From NCBI GenBank assembly GCA_963844715.1, contig CAWJPJ010000006.1, positions 96,001 to 160,000 on the forward strand: DNA of 64,000 bases, given 5' to 3'. The position numbers were made by a program, and so were the translations under genes. Every line of letters starts with the position of its first letter. Within the stretch, counting starts at the first letter, position 1. The notes below the pieces were generated by a model. The model saw only the letters and a list, made by a program, of their open reading frames with translations. It did no database searches and was not told the DNA's origin. The DNA is from an uncultured Phycisphaerales bacterium. GTDB taxonomy: Bacteria; Planctomycetota; Phycisphaerae; Tepidisphaerales; Tepidisphaeraceae. Below are positions 1 to 11,180 of the stretch, in pieces.

Positions 1-874
1 CACGGAGGGGATCGACAAAATCGATAACCGGAGAATCGCCCTTGATGGGAAAGCCGGCTTGCCAGGATTGGCCGCCGTCGTGCGTGGCATAGATGACGCA
101 GAACTCGCCGCGTTCGTCGGAGGCGGCGATGATACCGACGGTTTTGTGTGGGCCAAAGAATTCGGGGAGTGCGATCGGCGCGAAATTAGTGTCGGGCGGG
201 AACCCACTCGGCGGCGGGAGTTTTTGCTCGTTCCAGGTCCGGCCGTCGTCTTTGGTGATGGAGAGAATGCAAGGCGTGGTCGTGGTATCCGCGCCGACGA
301 GCCAGCCGGTGGACGCATCGCGGAAGTAGATTGCACCGCCGCGCGGAAGTCGATCGTTCGTGGCGGCAATTTCGCTCCAGGTCTGGCCGCTATTGGTCGT
401 GTGATAGAGAAATCCCGGCGACGAACTCATTCCATGCTCCGGGACGAGCATGAGCCAACCACGCCGTTCGTCGGCAAAGGCGACAAATGATTGAAATAGG
501 TCTTGGGTATCGGCGAAAAGAAAATCGTCGGCGATCCAACTACTGCCGCCATCGCTCGTGCACTCGATGCAAACGGTCGAGGTCTCATATTTTACATCCG
601 CGATCCAGGCCCTCTGCGAGCCGAGGAATGCGAAATCGCCGCGTTGAAAACCGACGCCGGTCCCGATGTCGAGGCCTTGGGCGGAAGCGAGTTTCTTCCA
701 GGTCTTGCCGCCGTCGGTCGTGCGAAGGACGGCTGAACTCGTCTCGGCCCAACCGGTGTTGCGGTCGAGCATGTGTATGTAAGTAAAATCAGGGATCGTA
801 TCGTCGTCGGCAAGCGATGAGCCGCAGGAACCGACGATCACAATTGCGGCGGCAAGGAGCGCATGATTTCGCAC
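1..874 (-). CDS. Secreted BNR/Asp-box repeat (YCF48-like) beta-propeller protein, runs off the window's left edge
   Basis: Manual minus-strand translation (not in the ORF track): hydrophobic N-terminus, then repeated TxDGGxTW motifs (RTTDGGKTW, CTSDGGSSW, HTTNSGQTW, ITKDDGRTW, ATHDGGQSW) and FxDxxxGW motifs. Confidence 0.8.
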   Translation of the reverse strand, partial: MRNHALLAAAIVIVGSCGSSLADDDTIPDFTYIHMLDRNTGWAETSSAVLRTTDGGKTWKKLASAQGLDIGTGVGFQRGDFAFLGSQRAWIADVKYETSTVCIECTSDGGSSWIADDFLFADTQDLFQSFVAFADERRGWLMLVPEHGMSSSPGFLYHTTNSGQTWSEIAATNDRLPRGGAIYFRDASTGWLVGADTTTTPCILSITKDDGRTWNEQKLPPPSGFPPDTNFAPIALPEFFGPHKTVGIIAASDERGEFCVIYATHDGGQSWQAGFPIKGDSPVIDFVDPLR

Positions 875-901
875 CGGGCACCATCCTTGGCAGCCGAGCA
901 A

Positions 902-1300
902 TCAATTAAACGTCTTCGTCGCGACGTCAACATCGAGGTACATGCGGAACATCGGATCCATGATCGATTCGCGATAGGCGATAAATACGACGCAGCAGCC
1001 GAGAACGATCAGCATATGGAATAATGCCGCATTTCTTCGATCCGTTGAGCGGAGTTGAACCGCGATGGCCCAAATTGCCAACACTCCGGCGACCACCTGG
1101 AAGTTCCACGCCGGCGCATACGACATCCAATTGACCGGCCTGGGCAAAGGCATCTTAAAGTCCTTGTAAACCAGGGCATGCCGGCGGAAATCGTCGGGGA
1201 CATACCACGCGAACAGGCCTAGGCACGCCAGGGCCAGTATCGGCGCCGCCCAGCTCAGGACGCTCGGAGGGCGTTTTTTTTGTTCGGAATCAGCCTCCAC
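902..1300 (-). CDS. Hypothetical membrane protein (about 3 TM helices)
   Basis: 132-aa ORF with three hydrophobic stretches, co-oriented with its neighbours. Confidence 0.6.
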   Translation of the reverse strand: MEADSEQKKRPPSVLSWAAPILALACLGLFAWYVPDDFRRHALVYKDFKMPLPRPVNWMSYAPAWNFQVVAGVLAIWAIAVQLRSTDRRNAALFHMLIVLGCCVVFIAYRESIMDPMFRMYLDVDVATKTFN

Positions 1301-1327
1301 CGAGTTGTATCGCTTGCGGGTGTGCGT

Positions 1328-2356
1328 TTATTGCCGCGAATTTCTGAATTCTCTCAACGTCAAAAATGGTCCATATATTTTTGGGGAATGACAATTTGCT
1401 GCCCTGCGCAGGATCGACCCAAGGGACGGATTGGTTTGCTTCAGCGCATTTTCTGCCGACCGTAGAATCTGGGCATTTTTGGCTTGACCCATCTGATTGG
1501 GCAGGATGCAACAGTAATGCAGTAGGTCGAGTGTGAAAGCGGTTCGCGGCTCGTCGTTCGTCAAGATCACGTACTGGGGGCCTTGCTGCTTAAAGGGACC
1601 GGGGCCGATGTCGGCAGGGTCTATACCCTCCGCCACCCCGGCGGTATCAACGGGACCGGGAACCATTCTCTGACGGATCGTCAACGTAGGATGGTTTGGA
1701 TTGTCGTCGTCCATACCCCAGTCGTCCTTGCTTAGGAGGACAAAGTTGAGTTTTACGGGCGAGGAACTGTCATCCGTCCAGGTGACATCGGCCTCGACGG
1801 ACTGGGAGCGGTATTCACTTATTCCGTCGGCGCCGCTATCCGCTATGGGCCCTTCGCCCAGCAAGTGCCAGTGATGGCTGCCATCGCAGAGGAGGAAAAT
1901 ATTGCGCGTGGTGGTATCGGCACCGCTGCCGGACAGGGGGGCGGAGTTCCAGCAGGTTTGATAAACGACGCCTCGAACGGGATCGCGGGCCACGATTTTC
2001 GGGTTGGGATCGACGCATCGGGTGTATGGAATCCATGGGCGATCCGGCGGATCCAGCCAATTATCGTGCGATTCCAGCAAATACCAAGCCGGTTGTTCCG
2101 GCCCGATTTGCAGATGGTAAGCGCGATTCATTGCGAACCCGACCTTCCCTGCGCTGTCGTGAGTGATCCAGAGCAAGTCCGTGCCGTTCGAGACAAATTT
2201 TGGCTGAGTAATCTGAACCAACGCGTCGACAGTGGCCGCGTGCTGGCGAATCGCCAGGCAATCCAGCTTATCGACCTGCGTGACGCCGATTGGAATGTCC
2301 GCCGTCGCGGGCAGCGTCCAAAAGATAACGACGAAAGGGAGCCAGTATCGAAGCAT
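1328..2356 (-). CDS. Hypothetical secreted protein
   Basis: Signal-peptide-like start MLRYWLPFVVIFWTLPATA-D; C-terminus may be frameshifted. Confidence 0.6.
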   Translation of the reverse strand: MLRYWLPFVVIFWTLPATADIPIGVTQVDKLDCLAIRQHAATVDALVQITQPKFVSNGTDLLWITHDSAGKVGFAMNRAYHLQIGPEQPAWYLLESHDNWLDPPDRPWIPYTRCVDPNPKIVARDPVRGVVYQTCWNSAPLSGSGADTTTRNIFLLCDGSHHWHLLGEGPIADSGADGISEYRSQSVEADVTWTDDSSSPVKLNFVLLSKDDWGMDDDNPNHPTLTIRQRMVPGPVDTAGVAEGIDPADIGPGPFKQQGPQYVILTNDEPRTAFTLDLLHYCCILPNQMGQAKNAQILRSAENALKQTNPSLGSILRRAANCHSPKIYGPFLTLREFRNSRQ

Positions 2357-2410
2357 TTTTCACCGTCCTTGGCAAAACCGGAGGCATCCTTGCCACCAAA
2401 ACGTGCGTCA

Positions 2411-3283
2411 TTATACGTCTATTGCCACAAATTTCTGAATCCGCTCGACGAGTTGCGGCATTTCATATGTCTGCGCCAAATCGACCGGCAGAAAGACCCC
2501 CTGATTGTGATCGGAGGCGAGAATGAGATGCCGATCGCCGTTGACGTGGAATCCGTCTTCCTGCGGCTGATGGCCGGTGACGAGAATTTTCGCGCCGACT
2601 TTATCGGCGAATCGATCGGCTGTGGCGGGGGTCATGTTTCTGCCCCAGATCAACTGATACACCGGGCCGACGCGGCGCTGGTAATCCTTTCCCGTCAGGG
2701 TCCGGTCGAAGATCGTGAAATCGAATCCAACGACCTGCGAATCGGTCGGCAGGCTGTGGCAGAAAAAGAGTCCGTTGGGGCAGCGAATCGCCAGGGGGAA
2801 AGAGAGTAGAAATTCGGTGATGGCGACGTTGACGGCGTCGGCGCGGTCGCCGAAGTCGCGTTTTACGCCGGCGGTGAAGGCCTCGCAGACGCTCAGGCCG
2901 GATTTCATGATCCCTTCGCCGTGGATTTGCGCCAGGTCGTGATTGGCCAGGAGGAAATGAATCTGGTGCGAATAGGCGCTTTTCAATTCCGCGGCCCGAA
3001 AGAGAGTTCGCCAACTGTCTTCGGCTCCGTTGGCGTCGTAATGATCGCCGTGGATGAGTTCGTGGAGGACGAGATGGCGATTGGGATTTTCATCGAGGGC
3101 GGCGGCGCGGATAAATTTGGTGAAATTGGAGCGATGGTCGTGGAAGTCGCCGGTCATCCAGACTTCGCCTTGATCGGGGAGAGCGACAGTCTGGCCATGA
3201 CGCAGGGAGGAGAGATTGTTCTCCTCGGCGCCGTTTTGGAAAATCTCGATGACTTCGTCGGCGGATGGTTCCACGGGAGGCAT
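2411..3283 (-). CDS. Calcineurin-like metallophosphoesterase
   Basis: GDFH, LANHD, FCHS and TGHQP motifs; the second motif is divergent (HELIHG). Confidence 0.75.
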   Translation of the reverse strand: MPPVEPSADEVIEIFQNGAEENNLSSLRHGQTVALPDQGEVWMTGDFHDHRSNFTKFIRAAALDENPNRHLVLHELIHGDHYDANGAEDSWRTLFRAAELKSAYSHQIHFLLANHDLAQIHGEGIMKSGLSVCEAFTAGVKRDFGDRADAVNVAITEFLLSFPLAIRCPNGLFFCHSLPTDSQVVGFDFTIFDRTLTGKDYQRRVGPVYQLIWGRNMTPATADRFADKVGAKILVTGHQPQEDGFHVNGDRHLILASDHNQGVFLPVDLAQTYEMPQLVERIQKFVAIDV

Positions 3284-3371
3284 TTGAAAGGGTATCGAGG
3301 GGGTTCGTCAATGGTTTGCGTCGGACGGCGAATCCCGAGGGATGGCTATCCCTCGGCTTTGACAGAATGGC

Positions 3372-4534
3372 TCATGCGATCGACGTTTTTTTCTTGCGGC
3401 CGCTCAGATAGCTTTCCATTACGCACGACGCCAGTTCGCCGCTGCTGGTGTAGAAGGCCACCCCTTTGGTGAGCTTGGTGAGTTGGTCGACGAAGCCTAC
3501 CCATTCCATGCCCCAATAATCCTCGATGAGCGCGAACGTGCTGATGCGGCAACCCTCGCGCACGGCTAGCACGGCTTCCTTCAAAGTGGCAATCGTGCTG
3601 CGCGAATCGGGGGGATAGAGGAGATAGACGAAGTCGCCTTCGACGTGGGCGGTGGGCTGGCCGTCGGTGACGATGAAGATCTGCTTGTTCTCACCGCCGC
3701 GCTTGCGGAGGATTTGGCGGGCCAGTTGCAGGCCCATGTGCAGGTTTGTGAAATGCTGCGGGGCTTTGGAAATCTGATCGATGGGGACTTTCAGGCGGAC
3801 TTGATAATCATAAATAGTGACGGGTTTAGGCATCGCCAGCGGCAGGGCGATCTCGGGGATTTTGGACGCGCCGGAATAGAAGCCGACGAAATCGAGCGTG
3901 TCCTGGGGAAATTGGCCGCGAACCAGGGCCTGCATGGCCATCGCAACCTTCTTGGCGGAGAGAAATCGGCCGTAGCGCATCATCGAGCCGCTCATGTCCA
4001 GCAGGACGACGGTTGAGCAGCTTGTGAGGCCTTCATGGAGATGAAGCTCCAGATCGCGCTCGTCGAAGCGGATGCGTGATTTGCCGTGCTCGCTGTTCGG
4101 CAGGCCGTGACGAATTAAAGCGTTTTGCAGCGACTGGTGCAGATCGATTTCGCTGACGGCGTCGCCGTATTGGTACGGCTTGGTGCCGTCGAGTCGCTCG
4201 CCGCCCTGGCCGGGAGTGACGCGCTGGTGCCCTTCGCGCTGGCCGTTGCGAAGATTGGAGAAGACCTCAAGCAGCGCCTTGCGCTGCATCTTCCCGACGG
4301 CGCGGGGAGTCGGCGCAAGCGGCCCTGGGAGTCCTTCTCCAAAATGCCATCGTCGAGCAGTTGCTGAATCAGGTCGGCCTGGTTTTGGTTTTTGGGGTCC
4401 TGAAGCATTTGCTGAATGGCTTTCAGCGCCTGCTCGCCGTACTCGACGATGAACTGCATGAGCTGGTCGAAACCGAAAAGCTGGTCCTGGGTGGGGAAAT
4501 CCTCGCCGTCGAACTCGCCGTAGTAATATTTCAT
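3372..4534 (-). CDS. VWA domain-containing protein (frameshift near 4310)
   Basis: ORF 4115..4534 (MKYYYGEFDG) joins the frame carrying MIDAS motif DMSGS, FTNLHMGL and VTDGQPT. Confidence 0.8.
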
Positions 4535-4563
4535 GCGTAGGACCGAATTCCAAAAATCTTATT

Positions 4564-4674
4564 CCCTTTCCCCATGTACTCATGGGGAGAGGGTCAGAGT
4601 GAGGGGCACATTTCGAAGTTCGAAAAATGCCCCTCACCCTAGCCCTCTCCCCGTGAGTACACGGGGAGAGGGGA
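4564..4674. repeat. REP/MITE-like palindromic element (inverted pair of about 45-bp units)
   Basis: Units of type CCCCTCACCCTnnCCCTCTCCCC-hairpin-GGGGAGAGGG in inverted orientation, separated by a TTTCGAA-containing spacer. Confidence 0.85.
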
Positions 4675-4708
4675 CCAGTCGTGCGTATTGTAGGCGTGGG
4701 GCGGCTGG

Positions 4709-5762
4709 TTACGCCACAAGCAGGCGTTCGAGCTTTTCGGGATAGACGGCGTGGGAGACGGCTTCGGCGCGGGTGACATATCCATGGGAGTACAAATGCC
4801 GGATGGAATAATCGAGGCTTTGCATGCCCGCGGCGCGGCTGGTTTCGATGATGTTGGCGATCTCGAAAATGCGGTTTTCGCGGATGCAATTCTTGACGGC
4901 GGTGGTGCACAGCATGACTTCGACGGCGGGGATCATGCCGGGCTGGTCGTTGCGCTTCAGAAGAGTTTGGCTGATGACGCCGACGAGCGCGCCGGCCAGA
5001 AGCGTGCGAATCTGGTTTTGCTCGCTGGTGGGATAGATATCGACGATACGCTCAACCGTTTGCGCAGGCGCCGGATGTGTGCAAGGTGCTGAGCACGAGA
5101 TGGCCGGTCTCGGCGGCGGTGACTGCGGCGCTGGTTGTTTCCAAATCGCGCATCTCGCCCAGAAGAATGACATCCGGGTCCTGCCGGAGCACATGGCGCA
5201 AGCCGCTGGCAAAATCCGGGACGTCCGCTCCGATCTCGCGCTGCTCGATCACGCATTGATCGTTTTGAAACGTAAATTCGATCGGGTCTTCAAGCGTGAC
5301 GATGTGCCCGTGCTCGCGGTGATTGATGGCGTCGATCATCGCGGCGAGCGTCGTGCTTTTTCCGCCGCCCGTCGGTCCGGTGACCAGAACCAGGCCGCGC
5401 GGAACATGCGTGAGCTTGGCGACAACTTCAGGCAGGAGCAATTCGGAGAGCGGGCGCACGCGGGTGTCGATGAGTCGGATCGCCAGGGCGACGGTTCCGC
5501 GCTGGTAGTGAGCGTTGACGCGAAAGCGTCCGACGCCGGATAGCTCGTATGAAAAATCCAGGTCGCGCTTTTGTTCGAAGATCGACCAGCGGTGCTCGCC
5601 CATCATGACCTTGGCGATTCGCGCGGTCATCTCGGCCTCGATGGCGGGGGAGGAGGCGGGTTGAATGGTTGTGGCGATTCTGAGTTGCGGCGGCATGCCG
5701 GCATGGATATGGACGTCCGAGGCTTTGGAATTCGCCGCGTCGCGAAGAATTTCATCGATCAT
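4709..5762 (-). CDS. pilT: Type IV pilus retraction ATPase PilT family (frameshift near 5075)
   Basis: ASDVHI, GRFRVN, Walker A GPTGGGKSTT, TLEDPIE, LRQDPDVILLGEMRD, AETGHLVLSTLHT, GMQSLD. Confidence 0.9.
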
Positions 5763-5842
5763 GAATCCCTGCCCGGTCGGTCCCATAATGTGGCAACGCC
5801 TCCCGACGCCGACTCACCCTTCATCGACCGGCTGTGGGACGT

Positions 5843-7039
5843 TCATGACCCGCCGCACGCGCCGAGAAATTCCGCCGCCACGCCGTCGGCAACGGGCAGG
5901 CCCGACTCCGTGAGACGGATTCCATTGTCGTCCAGATCGAGCAGTCCGGCCCGATTGAAGCGGGCCGCGACATCCGAGAACAGAACCCTGGCGTCATAAT
6001 CCGTTCGCGCCTGAAAATCGGAAAAGTCAATTCCGCGACGGAGGCGAAGCTGGAGCATCGCCAATTCGCCGGCGCGGCGCTTCGGAGAAAGTTGCTCGAC
6101 ATCTGCCGTCGGCAATTCCCCGGCCTCCATGGCGGATTCCCATTGGCCCAGATGGGGCAGATTCTTCCATCGCCAGCCGCTCACATGCGACGCGGCCGAG
6201 GGACCGATGCCGATGTAATTCTCCCCCATCCAGTAGATCAGATTATGGCGGCATTCCTGGCCCGGGGTGGCGTAGTTGCTGATTTCATAGGCGGGCAAAT
6301 TCGCCGCGGCGAGCCGACGTCGCGTTTGGCGAAGCATCTCCAGCTCGGTTGATTCTTCGGTTGGGTGAATCTGGCCCAGGCGCTTGCGCACGGCAAGGGG
6401 CGTATTGGGCTCGTAGGTGAGGCCGTAACAGCTCAAGTGCTGCGTTTTCAGGGACAGGGCGGATTCGAGGTTTGTCATCCAGCCTTGCAGGGTTTGCCCG
6501 GGAACGGCATAGATGAGGTCTACATTCAGGCGCTCGAATCCTGCCTGGCGGACCAGATCGACCGAGCGGGGGACGTCCTCGGGATCGTGGTTGCGCTCGA
6601 GGAGGCGAAGTTCCACCGGGTTGAAGCTTTGTGCCCCCATGCTGATGCGGGTGACGCCGAACTGGCGCAGCATTTCGCAATAGTCGAGGGTGACCGTCGC
6701 CGGGTTTACTTCAACGGTCCATTCATCGCAGTTGGAAAAGTCGATTCTTTCGCGCAAGCCGGCGATGAGTCTCCGCATGCTTTCGAGAGGCAAAAGGGAG
6801 GGTGTACCGCCGCCGAAGAACGCTGTGCGGGGGCGGATTGATTTGCCGGCCCAATCTGCCCAGCCCGCAGCCTCCTGGAGGAGGAGGTCGACAAATCTAT
6901 CCATGCGTTGCGCAGTTTGGCGGGTGATGGAATAAAAGTCGCAATAGCCGCATTTGTGAACGCAGAAGGGGATGTGAACGTAAAATCCCGATATGTTGGA
7001 GTGCGGTAGAGATGCCCGGTCGAGGCCCATATGCATCAT
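5843..7039 (-). CDS. hemW: Radical SAM heme chaperone HemW (HemN-like)
   Basis: YVHIPFCVHKCGYCDF, FFGGGTPS, YEISNY, CRHNLIYW, GIGPSAAS. Confidence 0.9.
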   Translation of the reverse strand: MMHMGLDRASLPHSNISGFYVHIPFCVHKCGYCDFYSITRQTAQRMDRFVDLLLQEAAGWADWAGKSIRPRTAFFGGGTPSLLPLESMRRLIAGLRERIDFSNCDEWTVEVNPATVTLDYCEMLRQFGVTRISMGAQSFNPVELRLLERNHDPEDVPRSVDLVRQAGFERLNVDLIYAVPGQTLQGWMTNLESALSLKTQHLSCYGLTYEPNTPLAVRKRLGQIHPTEESTELEMLRQTRRRLAAANLPAYEISNYATPGQECRHNLIYWMGENYIGIGPSAASHVSGWRWKNLPHLGQWESAMEAGELPTADVEQLSPKRRAGELAMLQLRLRRGIDFSDFQARTDYDARVLFSDVAARFNRAGLLDLDDNGIRLTESGLPVADGVAAEFLGACGGS

Positions 7040-7196
7040 CGTAAGCCCATCGGAAGCCGACGGATAGCCATAGGTTGGCTTGGGCCGTGCCGGGCGCTTA
7101 ATTTTGTTGCCCAAGCTCGGGGCTCATACTAAAGTACATGTGAATCTACTCCGACCGTAACGACGGAGGGTGGGGGTTCAGGCGAGGCTAATTGCG

Positions 7197-7812
7197 ATGC
7201 AGGTTGTATTGGTTATGTTCCGGGCCGATGGGCAGCGGCGGAGCTTCTCCGTCGTGCGGGAATCGACCGTCATCGGCCGCCGCGAGGATTGCGATCTGCG
7301 GATTCCCCTGGCTGAGGTCTCGCGCAAACATTGCCGGCTGGTGCGCGAGGAAAACTCCATCCGCGTCGAGGATATGGGGAGTTCCAACGGCACCTACCAC
7401 AACGAGCAGCGCGTTCAGGAAGCGACTCTTTCTCCGGGGGATACGCTGCGCGTGGGTCCGGTGACGTTCATGATCCAAATCGACGGGGTGCCGGCAGATG
7501 AAGAGATGCAGGCGGCGGTCCAGCCTTCCGAGCGGGAAACCGCGCCGGCGCCCGAGCCCGAACATGCCGATCATGCCGCCCCGACCGAATCGTCGGCGCC
7601 GACGGCGGAGTCGGAAGATCTTTCCGTATTTTTATCGGATGAGTCTGGGGCGGGGGACAAACACGAGGGGTCGGGATCGGAGTCTCACACGGCCTGCGCC
7701 GGGGGCCGAGGATTCGAATCTCGTGCTGCCGCTGGAAGACTCCGCCCACGCCGAGAGTAGCGTTTTTGATCTCCAGGAAGAATCTGCCGAGCGTAGGCCG
7801 CGCCCCTCCTGA
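7197..7812 (+). CDS. FHA domain protein with acidic tail (probable frameshift near 7695)
   Basis: IGRREDCDLRIPLAEVSRKHC and DMGSSNGTY FHA motifs. Confidence 0.85.
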
Positions 7813-7889
7813 CCCGCCCGCATTGCTTTATCAAATCTCGCGAGCGATTCATTTTCCGGCTCTTTTTATTGTTATGATTAAGGGTGCCC

Positions 7890-9093
7890 ATGAGCGATAC
7901 CAGCGAACTTCTGTTGCAGGCGTCTGAGGTTCTGATCCCGAATTACGCGCGTCAGCCGGTCGTGATGATCCGCGGACAAGGGGCGGAGTTGTGGGATTCG
8001 GAGGGAAATCATTACATCGATCTCTTTGCCGGTTTTGGCGCCGGGATTCTGGGCCATGCCCATCCCGAGCTGATTCGCGCGGCGGACACGCAGGCGCAGC
8101 CTCTGGCACGTGGGGAACACCTATCACACCAAGCCGCAGATCGAGCTTGCCCAGCGATTGGTCCGGCACAGCTTTGCCGGCCAGGCGTTTTTCTGCCATA
8201 GCGGCCTGGAAGCCAACGAGGCGGCTTGCAAGCTGGCGCGCTTGAACGGGCAGAATTCGTATCCCAAGCGATGGAAGATTATTTCGCTGGCGCACAGTTT
8301 TCATGGGCGGTCATTGGCGATGATCGCCGCGACGGGAAATCCGGCCGTCAAGGAGGGGTTCGGGCCGGTCGTTCCGGGATTTGTGCAGGTGGAGACCGGG
8401 AACATTCAACTGGTGAAAGACGCGATCGACGCGGAGACGGCCGCGATCATGCTCGAGCCGATTCAGGGGGAGGGCGGCATTCGTCTGCATCCGCCGGAGT
8501 ATGCCCATCAGCTTCGCGAGATTTGCGACGACCGGAATCTGACGCTCATCTTCGACGAAGTCTGGACGGGGTGCGGGCGGACGGGGAAATGGTTCGGCTA
8601 TCAGCATTTCAAATCGCCTGATGGGAAAGCTGTCGAGCCGGATATTATGACGCTGGGCAAGGCGCTGGGCGGCGGGCTGCCGATGGGGGCGATGCTCGCC
8701 AAGCCGCAATTGGCGAAGCAGCTTGTCCCGGGCAAGCACGGGTGTACGCTGGGCGGGAACCCGATCTGCACGGCGGTGGCCAAATCGATATTTGACGTGA
8801 TCGAACGCGATCACCTGGTTGATCGGGCCGCGCGCGTCGGCGAAAAAGCGATGGTGCGATTGCGCGAGCATCCGATGTTGAAAGACAAGGTTCGCGAGGT
8901 TCGCGGGGCGGGGTTTATGATCGGCATCGAACTGGTCCAGCCGCCGGACAAATTCCTTGAACGGGCGCTGGCGAACGGGATTATCGCCAACCTGACGGCT
9001 AAAAACGTGGTGCGGCTGGCGCCGCCGCTGACGATCAGCGAGGATTTGCTGGTTCAGGGCCTGGACCGGCTGGCCAAGACGATCGCTGGATAA
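7890..9093 (+). CDS. argD: Acetylornithine aminotransferase, class III PLP (frameshift near 8100)
   Basis: YIDLFAG-LGHAHP, SGLEANEAA, SFHGRS, EPIQGEGG, FDEVWTGCGRTG, TLGKALGGG, RLAPPL. Confidence 0.85.
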
Positions 9094-9103
9094 GAATCAC
9101 ACC

Positions 9104-9967
9104 ATGAAGACTTCCGTTTGGATGATGCTTGGGACGCTGCTTCTTGTCGGCTGTGCGACGCGGAATCCCGGCCCCACGGCCGGGCAGGCTGCGCCGACGC
9201 CTGCCGCGGCGCCGGCTCCATCGGCGAGCCAGGTTTCCACGGACGGACCGAAAGTCTCGCAAGTAATCTTTGTCAGCATGTACGAATTTACGGTTCCCTA
9301 CGGCACGGTCAGCGCCAATGAGAAATTCTGGAAAGACGTCGATGAGACGGCGCTGGACCTGACGAAATACGATCTGCTGCTGAGAAACGGCGTGCGCGTG
9401 GGCCGGGCGCCGCTTTGGGCGTGGACGCCTTTGGCGAGCGTTATCGACAAGGAAGTCACGCGGTACACATCCGATCGATTCACGACCTTTTCCGGCGGCG
9501 ACAGCCTGAGCGTCCCGATGGCTCCCGAGATGGACGATGAACTGCTCTTCACATTCGATCGGCACGGCGTCACCGGGAGGTGGTTTGACTTCTGCCAGAA
9601 CCGGTTCGACTTTTCATTCCAGTGGGAACGGCACGTGGATGACACGGTGCGCATCAATATTTGCCCGCTGGTGGTGGTGCATCGGATGCGCTGGGATTAT
9701 TTTCTGGCCGACACGCCCGAGGAGCGGAAACTGGTGCAGGATGAATATTACTGGGATTTGGCGATCAAGGCCGATCTGACGCGCAACGATTTCCTGGTGA
9801 TCGCGCCCTCTCCGCAGGCGGACGATCCGTATCGCATCGGCAACAAATTCCTCACCCACGACGGACCGACGTATCGAACTGAACAGGTCTTGATCATCAC
9901 TCGCTCGCCTTTGTTCTTTAATCGAGCCAGGCCAACCACCGCGCCGGCGGTCACGATGGTGCGATGA
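9104..9967 (+). CDS. Hypothetical lipoprotein
   Basis: Lipobox LVGC at the end of the signal peptide; 287-aa ORF within an apparent operon. Confidence 0.7.
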   Translation: MKTSVWMMLGTLLLVGCATRNPGPTAGQAAPTPAAAPAPSASQVSTDGPKVSQVIFVSMYEFTVPYGTVSANEKFWKDVDETALDLTKYDLLLRNGVRVGRAPLWAWTPLASVIDKEVTRYTSDRFTTFSGGDSLSVPMAPEMDDELLFTFDRHGVTGRWFDFCQNRFDFSFQWERHVDDTVRINICPLVVVHRMRWDYFLADTPEERKLVQDEYYWDLAIKADLTRNDFLVIAPSPQADDPYRIGNKFLTHDGPTYRTEQVLIITRSPLFFNRARPTTAPAVTMVR

Positions 9968-10724
9968 TGGCGCAAACCCCCGCCCGAACCGTCGGTGTGC
10001 AAAGCTACTGCTTCCGATATTTCAAGGATTTGCAGAAAGTCTGCCGGCTGGTGCGCGAGATCGGCGTGGACTCCATCGAACTCTGCGGCGTGCATGCCGA
10101 TTTCAACGATCCGGCAAAGTTCGCGGATGTCGTCGCCCAATTGTCCGAGGCGGGAATCCGCATCGTCTCGCTGGGCGTGCAGACATTTACCGGCGACGCC
10201 GCCAAGGAACGCAAATGGTTTGAATGCGCCAGACGGCGGGGGCCGAGTTGATCTCCGCGCATTTTACCGTCGCGACGTTCCAGGCGGCCGTCCCGGCGGT
10301 CGCGCGGATGTGCGATGAATTTGGCGTGCGCGTGGGCATCCACAACCACGGCGGGTACAACTTTGGCGGGTCGCCCGACGTGCTGGATCATCTGCTCAAG
10401 CTAGGCGGCAAGCACATCGGCATCACGCTCGACACCGCGTGGTGCATGCAGATCGGGCCGTATGCGGGGGACCCGGTCAAATGGATTCGCGAAAAATTCC
10501 CCGGGCGGATTTATGGCGTGCATTATAAAGACTTCATCTTCGATCGCCGGGGGCAATGGAGCGATCAGGTGGTGGGCACCGGTAATCTCGACCTGCCGCG
10601 TGTCGTCGCCGCTCTGGAAGAAAGCGGGTTCGACGGACCGGCTTTGATCGAATACGAAGCCAATCCCGAAAACCCCATCGCGGCTCTCACCGAGTGCGTC
10701 CGCCGGTTTTCTCAAGCAACCTGA
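9964..10724 (+). CDS. Sugar phosphate isomerase/epimerase, xylose-isomerase-like TIM barrel (frameshift near 10235)
   Basis: [35 protein letters not shown]. Confidence 0.8.
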
Positions 10725-11172
10725 CGCCGTCGATGACCATGGTTTTGTCGATGGCTTTGCACATGTCGTAAATGGTGAGCGCCGCCGCAAAGACCGCGGC
10801 CAGGGCTTCCATTTCGACGCCGGTTTTGGCGGTGATGGTCGCGACCGATTTGATTCGCAGTTTGAGCGGGTGCTTGCCGTCGATATCCAGGTCCGGCAGA
10901 TCGAACTCGACCTCGACACTTTCGATCGCCAGGGGATGGCAGAGGGGAATCAATTCGCCAGTTCGCTTGGCTGCCATGATTCCGGCCAAGCGGGCCGTGC
11001 CGAGGACTTCGCCTTTGGGGATTTTTTCGTTGGCAATGGCGCGGATCGTTGCCGGCTGGAGGGAGATGTAACCCTCGGCTACGGCGCGGCGACGCGTGGC
11101 GGGCTTTTTACCGACGTCCACCATCCGAGCTTTGCCCTGGCTATCTAAATGACTCAGAGATTTGCGCGCCAT
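10687..11172 (-). CDS. moaC: Cyclic pyranopterin monophosphate synthase MoaC
   Basis: [47 protein letters not shown]. Confidence 0.95.
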   Translation of the reverse strand: MARKSLSHLDSQGKARMVDVGKKPATRRRAVAEGYISLQPATIRAIANEKIPKGEVLGTARLAGIMAAKRTGELIPLCHPLAIESVEVEFDLPDLDIDGKHPLKLRIKSVATITAKTGVEMEALAAVFAAALTIYDMCKAIDKTMVIDGVRLLEKTGGRTR

Positions 11173-11180
11173 GAAGGCGA

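Noticed and set aside
59..786. Plus-strand ORFs with repeated PGLAAV motifs
   Set aside because: They are antisense shadows of the minus-strand BNR repeats (DGGxTW). Most other overlapping Arg/Pro/Gly-rich ORFs in the track are likewise shadows in GC-rich DNA.
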